Counted from the stretch's first letter, positions 20,891-34,810 are shown. The stretch is DNA of 64,000 nt from Chrysomallon squamiferum (GCA_012295275.1 CM022672.1:31930001-31994000); one strand, 5' to 3'. Notes: generated by a model not told the origin, from the sequence alone. Program-made: numbers and translations.

Positions 20891-20938
<48 letters not shown>

Positions 20939-21932
20939 TAGCTAATTTCAAGATTATATATATTGTTTAAATTTATACATTAATGGAATATCTGTAGTAA
21001 ATATATGTAAAGAAATGCAGCTAATGAAAATAGGTTCACAGATAATCTGATTTTGTGTTCGACAAATACTAGATTATCCATCTTTGTCACAATAGCTGTG
21101 AACTGTAACCAGGTATGAACTGCGAATTAGATAAGCTTTGCACTTTAACAGTTAACTATGCAAGCTTTTTCACTCTAAATTCTTTTTATAATTAACCTAA
21201 CATTTATTCCAGTAATTATGACACAAATTTACATACATGTAGATAACTGATATAGTCAATATTTAATAGAATAAACAAGTGACTTGGCCAACATCCACAT
21301 GTAAAAGTTAATTTATTAAATATTGTAAAGTGGTACAATTTAATTCAGAGTTATTAGTTTGTATTAGAGTAATATGTTTTTCAGATGGTAAATAAGTAAA
21401 ATATGACGTAACTGACTGCTAAAGTGCAAACCAGATAGATTCACTATTCTGTTTCTAACCTTCACACTCTACAACACTCAAGCAAACATCTCTGCAGTAA
21501 CTGAAATAATCACTGATGGTTTCACTGGACATTTCCTGAATCATCTGATCACTGCAGTCTCTGTTAATGTCACTGGAGGTTATTGATGTCTCCTCTATAT
21601 TGGACTTAATTTTGTTTCTCCAACCTGTTCTTTTCTGTGGTCTCCTTTGCCTTTCTGCTACTTACGGTAACTATATGACATAAAAATAAATAAATAAATA
21701 AATTTTAAAAACAGAATCAAATTTATGGTTTTCATACCTCAGCAATTACTAATTTTTGGGCCCCAATATGTGACAAAAGAAATAAAAAATAGAATAAATG
21801 GCTCAAAAATCAAATAGTGCTTCATAACTGGAAAGAGTATTGAGAAAACTTACAATAAAATTTATGATCCTAACTTGAAAAATATTTATGTTCAGTAAAA
21901 GTATAAAATAACAATGTAACACTGCTCCACCT

Positions 21933-22002
<70 letters not shown>

Positions 22003-23798
22003 AAATAAAAATACCCAATCAAATGGCAGTTTTTACTACGTCTAGTGACAGGCAGCCAGAATCATTAATGATAATCGTAACAGTTTGTTTCTGATTCATA
22101 CCAACAAATCAAGATGATTTTTGACTTACTCGGTTACTGTAAACATTAAAAAAAATGGTGATAGTCGTCGTATTTTGATAATATTTTAAACAAAGTTAAA
22201 CATCTGATCTAGATGAACATCTGATCTAGAATTTTCGTATAACAACAACATTATCTTTATAATGCCTTGATAATGTGCGTTTGTGTGCGTGTGTGTGTGT
22301 GTGCGCGCGCGCCTTGGTAAAGAAAACTGAAAACTCCAGAACTCGCAAGCCTAACAATAATTGGTCTGATATCTTTAATGTGGGAATTAGTAGTGGTAGT
22401 AGTAGTAATTGTTGTAGTGTTACTGTTATTGAGTTGTTGTAATAAATAAAATAAACAACAGCAATAAAAAGAATAAAACCAGCAATAACATTAATTTATT
22501 TTATTATTTTTATGCGATTTAGTTGCTATCAGAAAGAGTAGTTAATATATGTTTGTAGCAGAAATGTATAATTAGGAAACAGAAAACACACAGTATTTAC
22601 TCATAAACAAAAGAAAAAGATCCTGTTTGATTAGGAAATACACTGAGAAGATTCGACTCTACAAACCTTTACAAAAATACAGAGAGCAGAGGAGGATAGA
22701 AAGAAAGAACAAGAAAACTGAGTAAGATCATTTAAAACAGTTCATTTCTACTCCGAGATTTGTATTTCACTAAAGATTTATATAAAACGTATAAGAATAA
22801 GCAACATCAAATAATATAAAATTTTAGAAATTTAAAATAATAAATTCTAAACGCTTAACAACAAATAAAAAAATGTTAGGTCTGGTGTTGTAAACCTGTC
22901 TTTTATTTGAAAATTATCTTTAGACAACGCAAACTTGTTTCTGTTCAGAACATACTTAATGTTAAGTTTCTAATGTTTAGTTATTAATATATCGATAGAG
23001 TAATGACGCTAATACGACGAATAAAAGAAAAGTGTACAAATAATAGATTTTTGTGTTAAAATATTATCATCAATTTTCCACATTCTCCATTATACAAACA
23101 TTCATCACCCTTCTCTGCCTCACCCTGATATCACCATCCCCGCCCTATTCGCGCTAAACTGCACTGGCGATCTTTGCTTAAAGAAATCAATTGTTTGAAG
23201 AGATTGAGCGTAAACAAATAGTTCAAGCTGCAGATAATTATTGCCACTTCAAAGTAGAGTTAATTATAGATTATTCTTTGTAAGTAATGTGTGAATGTAT
23301 GTATATATGTCCATATGTATGTGTTTGTGTGTGTGTGTGTGTGTGTGTTATTACTTTTATACCGTATAAAAAATAAAACAGAATATTTGTGCACTTTCTT
23401 ACTATTTTTCCATTTTTATATATTATTACGTTTATACTTCAGAAAAATAAATTTGTTAATTTTATTTTTTTACGTTTGATATCTAATGAGCCATATGTTA
23501 AGTCCTTTTCAACAACAACAACAACAATAAAAAAATAATAATAATAGAAATGTGTATAAATATTTTCTTAGTCTTACGCACATAGTATATATAACATTAT
23601 TCTTACGAAACCAAAAGTGCGTTTAACGTGGGCGGGACCACATAGGCAGTTGTATAGGCGCAGAATTCTTAGGTTCACTACGGGCTCGGGGGTGATTAGG
23701 GAGTGTAATACACGTGCATTACCCCAGGCTTTGGAAACCAACACTAAGCCTCTCATTATATTGTCCACACAGTATGAATAAAATATCAGTGGCATTTC

Positions 23799-23906
<108 letters not shown>

Positions 23907-26469
23907 CACACATTTACATGCACACACACAAACATATAATGAGAGAGACAGAAAGAGAAAGGTATATAGTACAAACATGGACGATTTGGCTTTATTCTTT
24001 TATTTATTTTATAATAATTATTATGATTATTATTTTTACCCAACTCTTTTTTTTTTTCATGTTTCCCTTAAACATGTTTGCTGCTGTTGTTGCTGTTGTT
24101 GTTGTTTTTGTTATATTCAGAAAGTGATCGCTCAATTCTCATGATTATATATATATAACAAAGTTAATATGAACAATTAAAAACTCAACAACTCAATGTT
24201 AACAATACTATTTTAAGTCGAACCTCTTACGAAATAAAACAAGAAACCCTTTTTCATCAGTTAGTTACAATAGAAAAATAAACAAACAATACGTGAAATA
24301 GAAATGTAAAGAATATTTTTAATGCGTTCATAATACAGATCCAAGGATGAGCAGTAACGTAAGCGGCAGTTGATTCAGTCCTGGTCTCAACAGTATAGTC
24401 CGTGAATTAATCAAAAGAAATTCAGTAAACAGGATTAAACCATGTTTTACATTTACAAAAAATTTTATTTATCATGTTGTCAGTTATTATTTAGATCAGC
24501 ACAAATTCACAATTTTATAGTTTTATGTTAACAACGACATTATACGGTTATATTATTAACTTTCATTTTTATTTGTGACATCAATAAGGAAGTTGAAATA
24601 ACGCGAAAATACAGAAATATTTCCTTACAAGACTTTGATTAATACCGATATTTAAAAATAACTGGAATTCTATTTCCGTCATAGTGTCACAAAAAATCAA
24701 TATTGTTATACGTATGTTCTTCATTACGTTGCTGGCGTCATGGTATTACCTATAGAATATTAAGTTACAATGAACTGGTGTATATAATAACGTCCTAAAT
24801 TGTACTGTATTCACGTTGAAGTATCCTCAAAAATGATTGGCCTGTTATCTATATCTACCTATCGGTATGTTCCCAAAACTGGCAGTCTCCAGATTAGGTA
24901 AGCGGTGAGGTGTTCTAATCCGCTTCCAGAAATGGGAAAACTGGCGTGAGCAATTAAGACCAATTTAGACGCATGGGGATAACGAGATGTGTGAAGAACA
25001 GAGGGGGCGATTAACGAGATTAACCTTAATCAGCAGTGAAGAGCAGAGGTGAGCCGTAATAGAGATTTCCAAAAAATTAATGTTTGGAGACATGAAATTA
25101 ATGTTATATCTCTGTAAAATTTGGAGACAGAAAATATTACCAATTTAGACAAAAGTACATCAGTTAAGGTGACGGAACTCCAGTTAGTAAGGGTGATCAA
25201 TAAACTGCCAGAAATGGAACAACTGGCGTGGCCAGTTAAAATGTGTTATAATCTCACTGCCAGATTCGGGAATGCCAAAATTGGTAATAAACCTGTCTGT
25301 CTCTCTGTCTATCTATCTATCCAGCAGAAGTAGTAGTGGTAATAGCATAGTAGTACTTGTAGTAGTAGTATTAATGTTACATTGATGCCCTCCCACACAC
25401 ACAAGTGCACATGTGAGTGTTCATGTTTACATGTTTTACACAGTGAGAGTTTATATGCAAGTCTGAAATAAGGAGAGGGTATAATGTATGTTTATTGGAA
25501 TATTTGTTATTAGAATGGCTATGTACATGTGTGGGTATTTTAGTGTACTTGTCTATATGTTTCCAAGTGAGAGGCACAGATAACTAGACAAATAGATAGG
25601 TAGATAGATGGACTGATGGATGTATGGATGAATAGATGGATGTTTTAGTAGGAGGAATAAACATACTGTGTATAGATGGATGATACATAGATAAACAGAA
25701 GGGTGGGAGGATCTAAAGGGTTTAATTACAGATAAATAAAAATAGGTTGGTAGATCTACAGACTGACATGCTGTTGTTACACCACCACTGAGCTAGTACC
25801 ACACCCATATTTGTACTGACAGGTGAACACATACCATTTTTTGTTTCATTATTATTATTATTTTAGTAACTGTTATTAAATTTAGTCATTTATTTTTGTT
25901 ATTTATTTTAAGTAATTATTTTTAATAAATGATTCAGTTTGTGAATTTGAAAATGTCTAAGGGAAGTAACAGTAAATTAAAATAATTTTTATTACTGAGA
26001 ATTTATTTTTATTTGTTAATTCACATGTTAGATATACTTGATATTTGTTGTCTAAGGGAGGTAATTTGTTTATAACAAAGTGAAAACAACAACATGTTTG
26101 TATAATCATTATACCAGAATTGTTTTGTAATGTTTATTCATTAAGTGTTTATAATTAATTAATTATTCAGATCACATGTGAACTTAACTGAAAACAGAAC
26201 TTAAATTACTGTGGTGATAAGACAGAAAAATGTGACCACTCATTTTAGTTGAAGTTTTATCCTTTTATCTCAAATGTAAAGAAACCTTTATATTTTTCTC
26301 CATTTTCTTGTAACAGAGTCATGTCGTTCCGGAAGATACAATAACAAAAAATTAATAAAATAATTGTTCAGAAGTATTTTTCCATTGTGTTGAAGATGCT
26401 CTACCAATAAAAGAATGCTGGCACGACCTACAGTTTATCAGACTGGTAACTGTCGAGGCTGATACCTAC

Positions 26470-26652
26470 TCAGAAGATATCACAGATAAATTTGAGCCGG
26501 AAGTCGTCTGCTGGTCTACACCAGGGGAGAAAACTCCCAACAACCAGATACGAATGTCCTGCATAATTCAACAAGACTAGAATCCCAGACCGTCTGTAGA
26601 TGGCCTTTGAAAGAAAAGTTATACACAACACAAGAATGAGTTTCACTTTCAT
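26470..26652 (-). CDS. Putative small secreted peptide, 60 aa (copy 1)
   Basis: MKVKLILVLCITFLSKAIYRR... has a signal-peptide-like N-terminus. TTTCAG acceptor just upstream (exon starts 26664) and a candidate 5' non-coding exon with a GTAATT donor at ~26917. The ORF is kept in both duplicates. Confidence 0.45.
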   Translation of the reverse strand: MKVKLILVLCITFLSKAIYRRSGILVLLNYAGHSYLVVGSFLPWCRPADDFRLKFICDIF

Positions 26653-27651
26653 TTCATCTAGTGTCTGAAAAAAATAAAAAATAAAAAAGTAATAAAAAAT
26701 AAAAACACAATAAAATAAATAAATAAATAAATAAATAAAAATAAAATAATAATAGTAATAATAATAATAATAATAATGGAATAGAAAAACCACACAAAAA
26801 CTATCAGTCTTATATAAATGCGTAACAACAAAACAAATCTACTTCGAAAGCATAAAATTATAAAATTCCGTACCTGTATTACAATATTGTAATCATTTAT
26901 AAATCATTAATAATTACCTATGTCGACTGAACTTTCAAAGTCGCAGAAAATATTCACTCATATAAAACTAAACTAAACTAAACTAAAATGTTCAAATAAT
27001 GAAACCTGTGGTGCGACTGACATAGAAAGAAGGTTCTAGATTACTGCCCAAGTAATTGACGTCACCAGATTTTTTTTTTTTTTTAAATTTTATTTATAAA
27101 TATGATGTCATCACTTTTGGAAGAAAGTTTCTAGTAACAACAGATGTATGTGATATAGAAAGAAAGAAGAAATTTTGCTTTAAAGAAAACACATCCTTTC
27201 AATCAGAATTATGCTTTCTTTTTCGTTTCTTTATTAAAACTAAAAGGGAAAGAAAGAAACCAGCCAATGAACAGGAATAAATAAGTTACTTCTACAAATA
27301 ACATTGATGAAAATAAAGAACTGAAACAACTTTCTAAATAAGAAATCTACATAAACGTGTTCAAAGGTGAAAAGAAAAAAAAAAAATGGGAATGAAAAAC
27401 CCATTTTTTGTAATGATAATTGCTCTATATCAGGAGATATCTCAACTGTAAAGTGACCTTTATATTTTCCTCCATATTCTTGTAACAGAATCATGTCGTT
27501 CTTGAAGATTCAATACAAACAAAACAAAAACAAATAATAGAATAATTGTTTAGAAGTATTTTTCCATTGTGTTGAAGATGCTCTACCAATAAAAGAATGC
27601 TGGCACGACCTACAGTTTATCAGACTGGTAACTGTCGAGGCTGATACCTAC

Positions 27652-27834
27652 TCAGAAGATATTACAGATAAATTTGAGCCGGAAGTCTTCTGCTGGTCTA
27701 CACCAGGGGAGAGAACTCCCAACAACCAGATACGAATGTCCTGCATAATTCAACAAGAATAGAATCCAGGACCGTCTGTAGATGGCCTTTGAAAGAAAAG
27801 TTATACACAACAGAAGAATGAGTTTCACTTTCAT
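27652..27834 (-). CDS. Putative small secreted peptide, 60 aa (copy 2)
   Basis: Paralog of 26470-26652 with the same splice acceptor and an intact ORF. Confidence 0.45.
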   Translation of the reverse strand: MKVKLILLLCITFLSKAIYRRSWILFLLNYAGHSYLVVGSSLPWCRPAEDFRLKFICNIF

Positions 27835-27899
27835 TTCATCTAGTGTCTGAAAAAAATAAAATAAAAAAGTAATAAAAAATAAAAACACAATAAAATAAA

Positions 27900-27947
<48 letters not shown>

Positions 27948-28869
27948 GAAAAGAAAAACCACACAAAAACTATCTGTCTTATATAAATGTGTAACATCAA
28001 AACAAATCTACTTCGAAAGCATAAAATTCAGATAAATTATAAAATTCCGTAACTCTATTACAATATTGTAATCATTTATAAATCATTAATAATTACCTAT
28101 GTCGACTGAACTCCCAAAGTCGCAGAAAATATTCACTCATATAAAACTAAACTAAACTAAAATAAAATGTTTAAATAATCAAGTCTGTGGTGCGACTGAC
28201 GTAGAAAGAAGGTTCTAGATCACTGCCCGAGTAATTGACGTCACCAGATTTTTATTTTTTTATTTTATTATAAATATGATGTCATCACATTTGAAAGGTT
28301 TCTAGTAACAACAGATATATATGATATAGAAAGATACAATAAACTTTGCTATAAAGAAAACACATCCTTTAAATCAGAATTATGCTTTCTTTTTTCCTTT
28401 TTTTTATTAAAACTAAAACGGAAAGAAAGAAACCAGCCAATGAACAAAAATAAATAAGTTACTTCAAAAAATAACATTTTTGAAAATAAAGAACAAAAAC
28501 AGCTTTCTGAATAAGAATATCTACATAAACATGTTCAAAATCTATGATGTGGGTGTTTCAAAATCATCTTCAGTATGAAGACTAAATATAAACTGTATTT
28601 CCACTGCATCGTAACTGCATGTTAGCCAGAAAATAAAGAGAATATATATACCGCTAACATTGTCAAAGTATTTAATAAAAGATAAGAGTTCATATATATA
28701 TATATGTATGTATGTATGTAAATTCATCCACAGAAAATGCAATGAGAATTTGTAATGTTACATAATATACATTTGACCTAAAAAACAAATGACCTTTAAG
28801 TTATACTCAAAACAAAGCATTTGAAATAAACATTTCTAGAATCAATTCATGGACAAATAATGAGAGTGT

Positions 28870-29460
28870 GGATGTAGGTATGTCTCTGTTTTTTTGTATT
28901 ATGTATGTATGAGTTGCGTGTATAAGTATCTCTGTGTTTGTATTATGTGTGTAAGAGTTTGTTTGTGTAGTGAGTGATTATGTGTATGAGTTTGTATGTG
29001 TTTGTATCTGTGTGTATTATTTTGTATGTATTTGTATGTACGTATCTATGTGTACCTGTATCTCTCTTTTGTATTTGTATGTATGCAGGTATGTGTATCT
29101 GTGTCTATTTGTGTGTATATATGTATGTATGTGTATCTGTGTTTATATTATGTGTTTGTATGCATGTATGTATGTGTTTGTATTATGTGTTTTTTATATG
29201 CATGTATGTATGTGTATCTATTTGCATTATGTGTATCAATGTGTGTTTTTATGTATATGTCGGTGTATTATTTGTTTGAGTGTATATATTTGTGTATCTC
29301 TGTATAATTCTGTATCTGTGTGTTTCTATTTTGTGTATAATTGTGAATGTAGGTGTATACCTGTGTATTTGTATTGTGTATGAATGTAGGCATTTATATA
29401 TCTACGTGTGTATTAGCTAGTGCAAGTGTACGTACTTGTGTATGTCAGTGTGAGTCAGTT
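28870..29460. repeat. Degenerate (TG)/(TATG) low-complexity tract
   Basis: Base composition; it generates spurious C/V/Y/M-rich ORFs. Confidence 0.9.
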
Positions 29461-30351
29461 CATTATAAATGTGAATCACCGGGTTGGTGTGCGCGATATA
29501 ATCAATGGACCTGTTGGTTTCTAGGCACGTACGCACGTACCTGAGTGTGCCAATACATTTATGCAAAGTTAGTTTGCGCGCTCTCTCCATTTATATGTAT
29601 ATAGATAGATATATGCTTTTGTCATTGTGTATATTTATATGTGTGTGTGTGTATATATACATATATACACAGATACACAGAACACTAAATCACGACTCCA
29701 TCCTGGTATCAGCGAGTCATGAATATCAGAATATGCCAATAAATGTAACCATGGTTACCTGTAAACCTCTATATTTCATTATTATTAGTTATATAGTCAT
29801 CATTTGATTAATTTTTCCATGTAAAAATTACGCCACCGTTTGCATTGCTTGTTTCACATTTCAGAGACATTGTTCCGGTATCAGCAAGAAAACTGTTTTT
29901 ATTTCCTTCAGTGCTGACTCTTTGCGGACCATCTGTCAAACAAAACAGTAGTAATGTTTAATACTACAAGAAGAAATATATTACATGAACTTCAAGTTCA
30001 GTGATTTCAAGTTTTTGTTTAGTCCGAGTACTTTTGTCTTCTGCCGCCTGCTGACCTGTCCATCATCGACGGAGGCCAGCGAACTCGGACTACCAGTCTT
30101 TGTCTGAATGTTTTGTTTTTGTTTTTATTTTTGTTGTCCTAGTTGAACTCAGAATGTATTGGTCCATGTCACATGTCATTTCGATATCTGATACGTTCCA
30201 AGGACAGTCAGATGACCAGAAGACTGACTTGCAGAACTCGGCCACTCCTCTTAACTTCAACTATCTGACTTTTACAGGATCATAACACGAGCCTCGAAAT
30301 AATCCAGGGCCGCTCTCTGCTTTATCCCTCAACTCTGTAGAGAATAGATTA

Positions 30352-30443
<92 letters not shown>

Positions 30444-30528
30444 ACAGTAATAGTAGTAGCAGTAGTAGAGGTAATAGTTGCGGTAGAAATTAGTAATAAC
30501 AGCAGAAGCTGTACTAGTGGTAGTAGTA

Positions 30529-31577
30529 CTGAGGGAAAGTGGGGCATAACGAGATACTTAACGTGTGTTGTACTCTCACTGGCGATGGATATGCGTTACA
30601 AGGGCAGACGTAATACAGTGTACTTCGTTAGGTTATAAACTATCAATAAACCAGACAACAGACGGCAATTGTAGAGCATTGCCAAATACAGAGATAATTT
30701 CAAAAGGGTCTGAAATTTCCCATATTGCCCCATATTGGGATTTGGTAAAGAGGCAAACTGAAATGGATGGGGCATAATGGGATGACCTCCTCCCTCCACA
30801 GATCACAGAAAAATAAACAACTCTAACAAACTATCAAAGCTGCAAAACATTTATCTTAACTGAATAAAAGCACTGCAGGAACATCTATTCACACCAGATT
30901 ATAACCAAAACCTAAAATACAATGAATACCGTTCATCAATCAACTTTAACCTCCAAACACAAACTTATAAAATGAAGTCTAAGGAAAACCAAATCACTGT
31001 ACGGAAGTAATCAGTAAATAAGTAAAAACCTTGAAAAAAACAAAATTTTACTCTGAACTCACTGAATAGGCCAAGCAAAACAAACACTGTTCAACTATCA
31101 TGACTATTCAACTTCTGAACCTCGACTGTAAGATTTAAAGCGATTTAGTGAGAACAGACATCACAAATAAAATCATCTTCCTCAACCCCTGCACAGTCCT
31201 GGTGAGACCACCCTTTGCAGGTGAACCCAAACTTCACCTTCAGTCGAATTAAAGTATTCATGATTGCAATGATTTGCCCCTTTATCATTGCTGGCCTCGC
31301 CACGTTTACTACCACATTTCGCTCCTTTCGCCTTTGTTTTAGGCCTCATTACTTTACTCACCGTATTTGCTTTCTGCTGTTCCAGGAGTTACTGCTTGAA
31401 TGGGCAACTTGTTAATACAACCGATGATCCACGTTTTACGCCTTCACGTGTCACACAAATCTTTTCTTTGAGCTTCGGGATTGGGGCAAACTCCGACAAT
31501 TGCAGACACATTACAGACAACAAAAATCAACTTTCTCATTATGGCCCTCTATCCAATTAGGCCCCACTCTCCTCTAG
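30529..31577 (-). mobile_element. Internally deleted pogo/Tc1-mariner-superfamily DNA transposon (1049 bp) with TA target duplication
   Basis: Left end TA|CTGAGGGAAAGTGGGGCATAA; right end, reverse-complemented, TA|CTAGAGGAGAGTGGGGCCTAA (18/23 identical). Subterminal GGGGCA(T)AATGGGA repeats at 30718-30783. Inserted in a (TAG)n tract that continues on both sides. Confidence 0.8.
31145..31510 (-). pseudogene. C-terminal remnant of a pogo-like (DDE_1) transposase with a PHD-like zinc finger
   Basis: Translates as APIPK...KRGSSVVLTSCPFKQ*LLE...EYFNSTEGEVWVH/CKGWSHQDCAGVEEDDFICDVCSH*, the ILTSTP-K plus C-terminal PHD-like tail pattern seen in invertebrate pogo-like transposases. One stop and one frameshift. 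Confidence 0.75.
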
Positions 31578-32127
31578 TAGTAGAAATAGTGATAGCAGTA
31601 GTTGAAGAATTAGCAGTAGAGGCTGTATTAGCAGTAGTAATAACAGAAGTTGTAACTGAAGTAGTAGTGGTGGTAGATTTATATTAATTTATATAATTCT
31701 TAAAATACGATTATCTTCTTTGCTAATATTTCTCCCTTGATGCTTTTTCAGTACAAGAATTATATAAAAAACCCAATAAGAAATGGAAGCTAAATTCATT
31801 TTCGTTAATTAATTAGCACGTATATGTGTCTTCTTTTAAGAATTAAACAGTTACATACTTTAAGTTCACAAAATATGATTTAGACATGTTTACACATACA
31901 CGTTAACAGAGACACACAGACATATGCACATACTGAGGCAGACATACAAACAGACAAAATACGTATTACCTGATTGTCAGTATAACCGTAAACACGAGCG
32001 AAACACGCATTAATAAACAAAGAATCAATCAAGCAAAAAAGACTAGCACTTAAATATATAGAACAATTAAAAATAAAAAGACAAAACAGTAGCAGCAACA
32101 TAACATAACAGTGTTTTATTTATTTTA

Positions 32128-32194
<67 letters not shown>

Positions 32195-32226
32195 TGTCTT
32201 TTTTATTTTATTTTTTATTTTTTCAG

Positions 32227-33854
32227 GAGAAACTTGCGACCGTCCAACGAGTACTCCAAAAACATGTTTTTAGCCTACGACTTCAACGGTGACAAGGTGT
32301 TTACTCAGTTTGAGCTTGAATTGTCATTCCGCCATTATGACGTAGATGGTAATACAAAATGTCAGACTACCGCTACTGTTCTACTGTTACTAGTAATACT
32401 GCTACTCCCGTACTACATGCTTCTACAATTACTACTATTTACTACTTTTATACTAGTAGTATTAGTCGAGAACTGCCAATTTCTTCTACTGCTTTTGTTG
32501 CTAATATATGAATTACGTACTTCTACTACTACTACTACAAGTACTAGAACATTACTACTGCTATTACTATACTGATTTTTAATTCTAATATTATTATTTC
32601 AGAGCTACATACTACTACTCCGGCTACTACTGCTACGATTACATTAGTATTATTAATATAAACAACAACATATGTAAATAGAGTGATACATAAAATCATA
32701 CATGTTTGTGTATGACTGTATGTGTGCGTGTGCATGCGTCTTCGCGTGTGAAACCTGTACATTGTTTCTGAGCATTTATTATTTATACTCGCTTCCCAGA
32801 ACAAATAGACAACTAAAAATAGAGTTATTTCCCCTGATGGAATACTGTAAAAAATAAATATATAATTATTTTTTAAATTTTTAGAAGTATATCATCATTA
32901 TGATTATTATCTCTGCTTAATTAACCAATTATCCAGGTAATCAACGAGTGACCAGAAAAGAATACACAGAATACGAAGACCACATGTTACCAGAACTCCA
33001 TCAGCTGACGCATGCGCTTTACGATATTTACGATATGGACAAAGACAATCATCTAGACTTGTGGGATTATGAACACCTTTTTAAACTCATAGACTCAGAC
33101 GGTTTGTTTGTACTATTATTTATTTAATTTGACGATATTGATGCTTACATTACTGGCTTTATTTTATAACACATTCACATAACATTTACATCCACGCGCG
33201 CTCGGACACGCACAACCAAACGCGCGCACGAACACTCTCACACGCACTCACAGTATTAAGTCTGTCGTACGGGTTAACCCAGACTTTTGCCTGCTTTCCA
33301 CACAGTCGAGTTGCTCTAGTGGTGAAAGGATTCTAGTTTGACAGCCATTAAATGTTTACTTTGAAAAGTAATTTGAAGACGACTGAAAACGAGGCTAGCT
33401 TTTCTCGTAAACTCTTTCAGATGACGGAGAAGTTACGGAAACCGAGTTTGTTCATTTCTGGACCACGGTAAGTAAAAACACAAATATGACCAGTAGTGTT
33501 AGTAGAAGATAACCAAATTTACAAGTGATAACACTAAACCATTAAACTGAAATATACACGTATACAAATATATATATATATTTTCGTATATGTGTAACAT
33601 ATATTTATAAAATGTATAGCAGTAATTGTTAAAATGACAATCTTCAAAGAAAAAAAATAGAAGTTGCTATGATTTAGATTCATGATACGTATTAAATAAT
33701 AATAAGTAAACAAATTAAACAAAAAATGTAAAAAAAAAAAAATAAAAAAAATAAACCCACCTTACTAACTAACTAAATAAATAAATAAATATTGTAAATA
33801 AAGTTACGTATTTCATTTCAGACCCTAGAATCACTGGATCACTTACACAACTGA
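32227..33854 (+). CDS. Four-EF-hand calcium-binding protein (resembles molluscan insoluble shell-matrix protein 5-like family); first coding exon not located
   Basis: Exons 32227-32348, 32937-33101, 33421-33467 and 33822-33854 (TGA) are phase-consistent. EF loops: DFNGDKVFTQFE, DVDGNQRVTRKE, DMDKDNHLDLWD, DSDDDGEVTETE. C-terminus FVHFWTTTLESLDHLHN*. Confidence 0.87.
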
Positions 33855-33930
33855 AGAAAAAATAAAATAAAAATAAAACAAACAGTGATATATATATAAA
33901 TAAATAATATTGTTTTGTTGTTGCGTTGTT

Positions 33931-34021
<91 letters not shown>

Positions 34022-34450
34022 TTGTTTCATGTGAAATTAATTAATATACTGTCTGTTTTATTTACAATAACATATTTTCAATATCTTAAACACGATCCGA
34101 ATTTACCAATATTATATTCCTTTTGCTTTCTTTTATTTTCGTTTTCTTTTTCATTTTTGAGTGATAATAGCGGTTTGGGTGCCTAATATGGTCATTATCA
34201 ACACATGGAAGCTTTTAGAGGCACTATGACAGTGATTAGTCAATTCAAATTCAGTCATTTATTAAGTATAATGTATCAGCTTGATCAACAACATTTCAAC
34301 AAGAGTTAAGTTTGAATTATTTATTAATTTACAAACATATTTTGACATTATACATAAGAAAAAAGCCAATAAAAAAGTTATTTATTTATTTATTTATGTA
34401 TTTATTTATTTATTTACCTATTTATTTACTTACTTACTTATTTGATCACT

Positions 34451-34504
<54 letters not shown>

Positions 34505-34810
34505 GTTATTTATAATACTAATTAAAGTCGGATTCAGCCATGGAAGAATCAGGATAATTATATTACTGTCATAGGGCAAAGTTTAGTATCAGAAATAAAA
34601 TAAATAAAACACTCATTAAACAACAAACCAGCATGAATAAACAAACACAGGTTAAAACCAGCCAGCGTGACAGCTAACAGAAACTGACAATTTATAATCC
34701 AACACAATAAACAATTTAATATATATAAACACAGAAGAAACTTCATAAACTATTACGGAAACAGTAGCAATTAAACATATAACAAAGAAATATCCATTTA
34801 GATGGTTAAC

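Larger units (their letters stand above)
26267..28540. repeat. Recent tandem segmental duplication, two copies (~26267-27367 and ~27438-28540; offset ~1.18 kb)
   Basis: Long near-identical stretches; for example 26371-26472 matches 27553-27654 exactly. Confidence 0.95.

Noticed and set aside
28970-29383. Cys/Val/Tyr-rich ORFs
   Set aside because: Translations of degenerate TG/TATG microsatellite.
30560-30770. Apparent minus-strand exon CLFTKSQYGAIWEISDP...
   Set aside because: Lies inside the pogo-like element, overlaps its subterminal repeats and contains stops.
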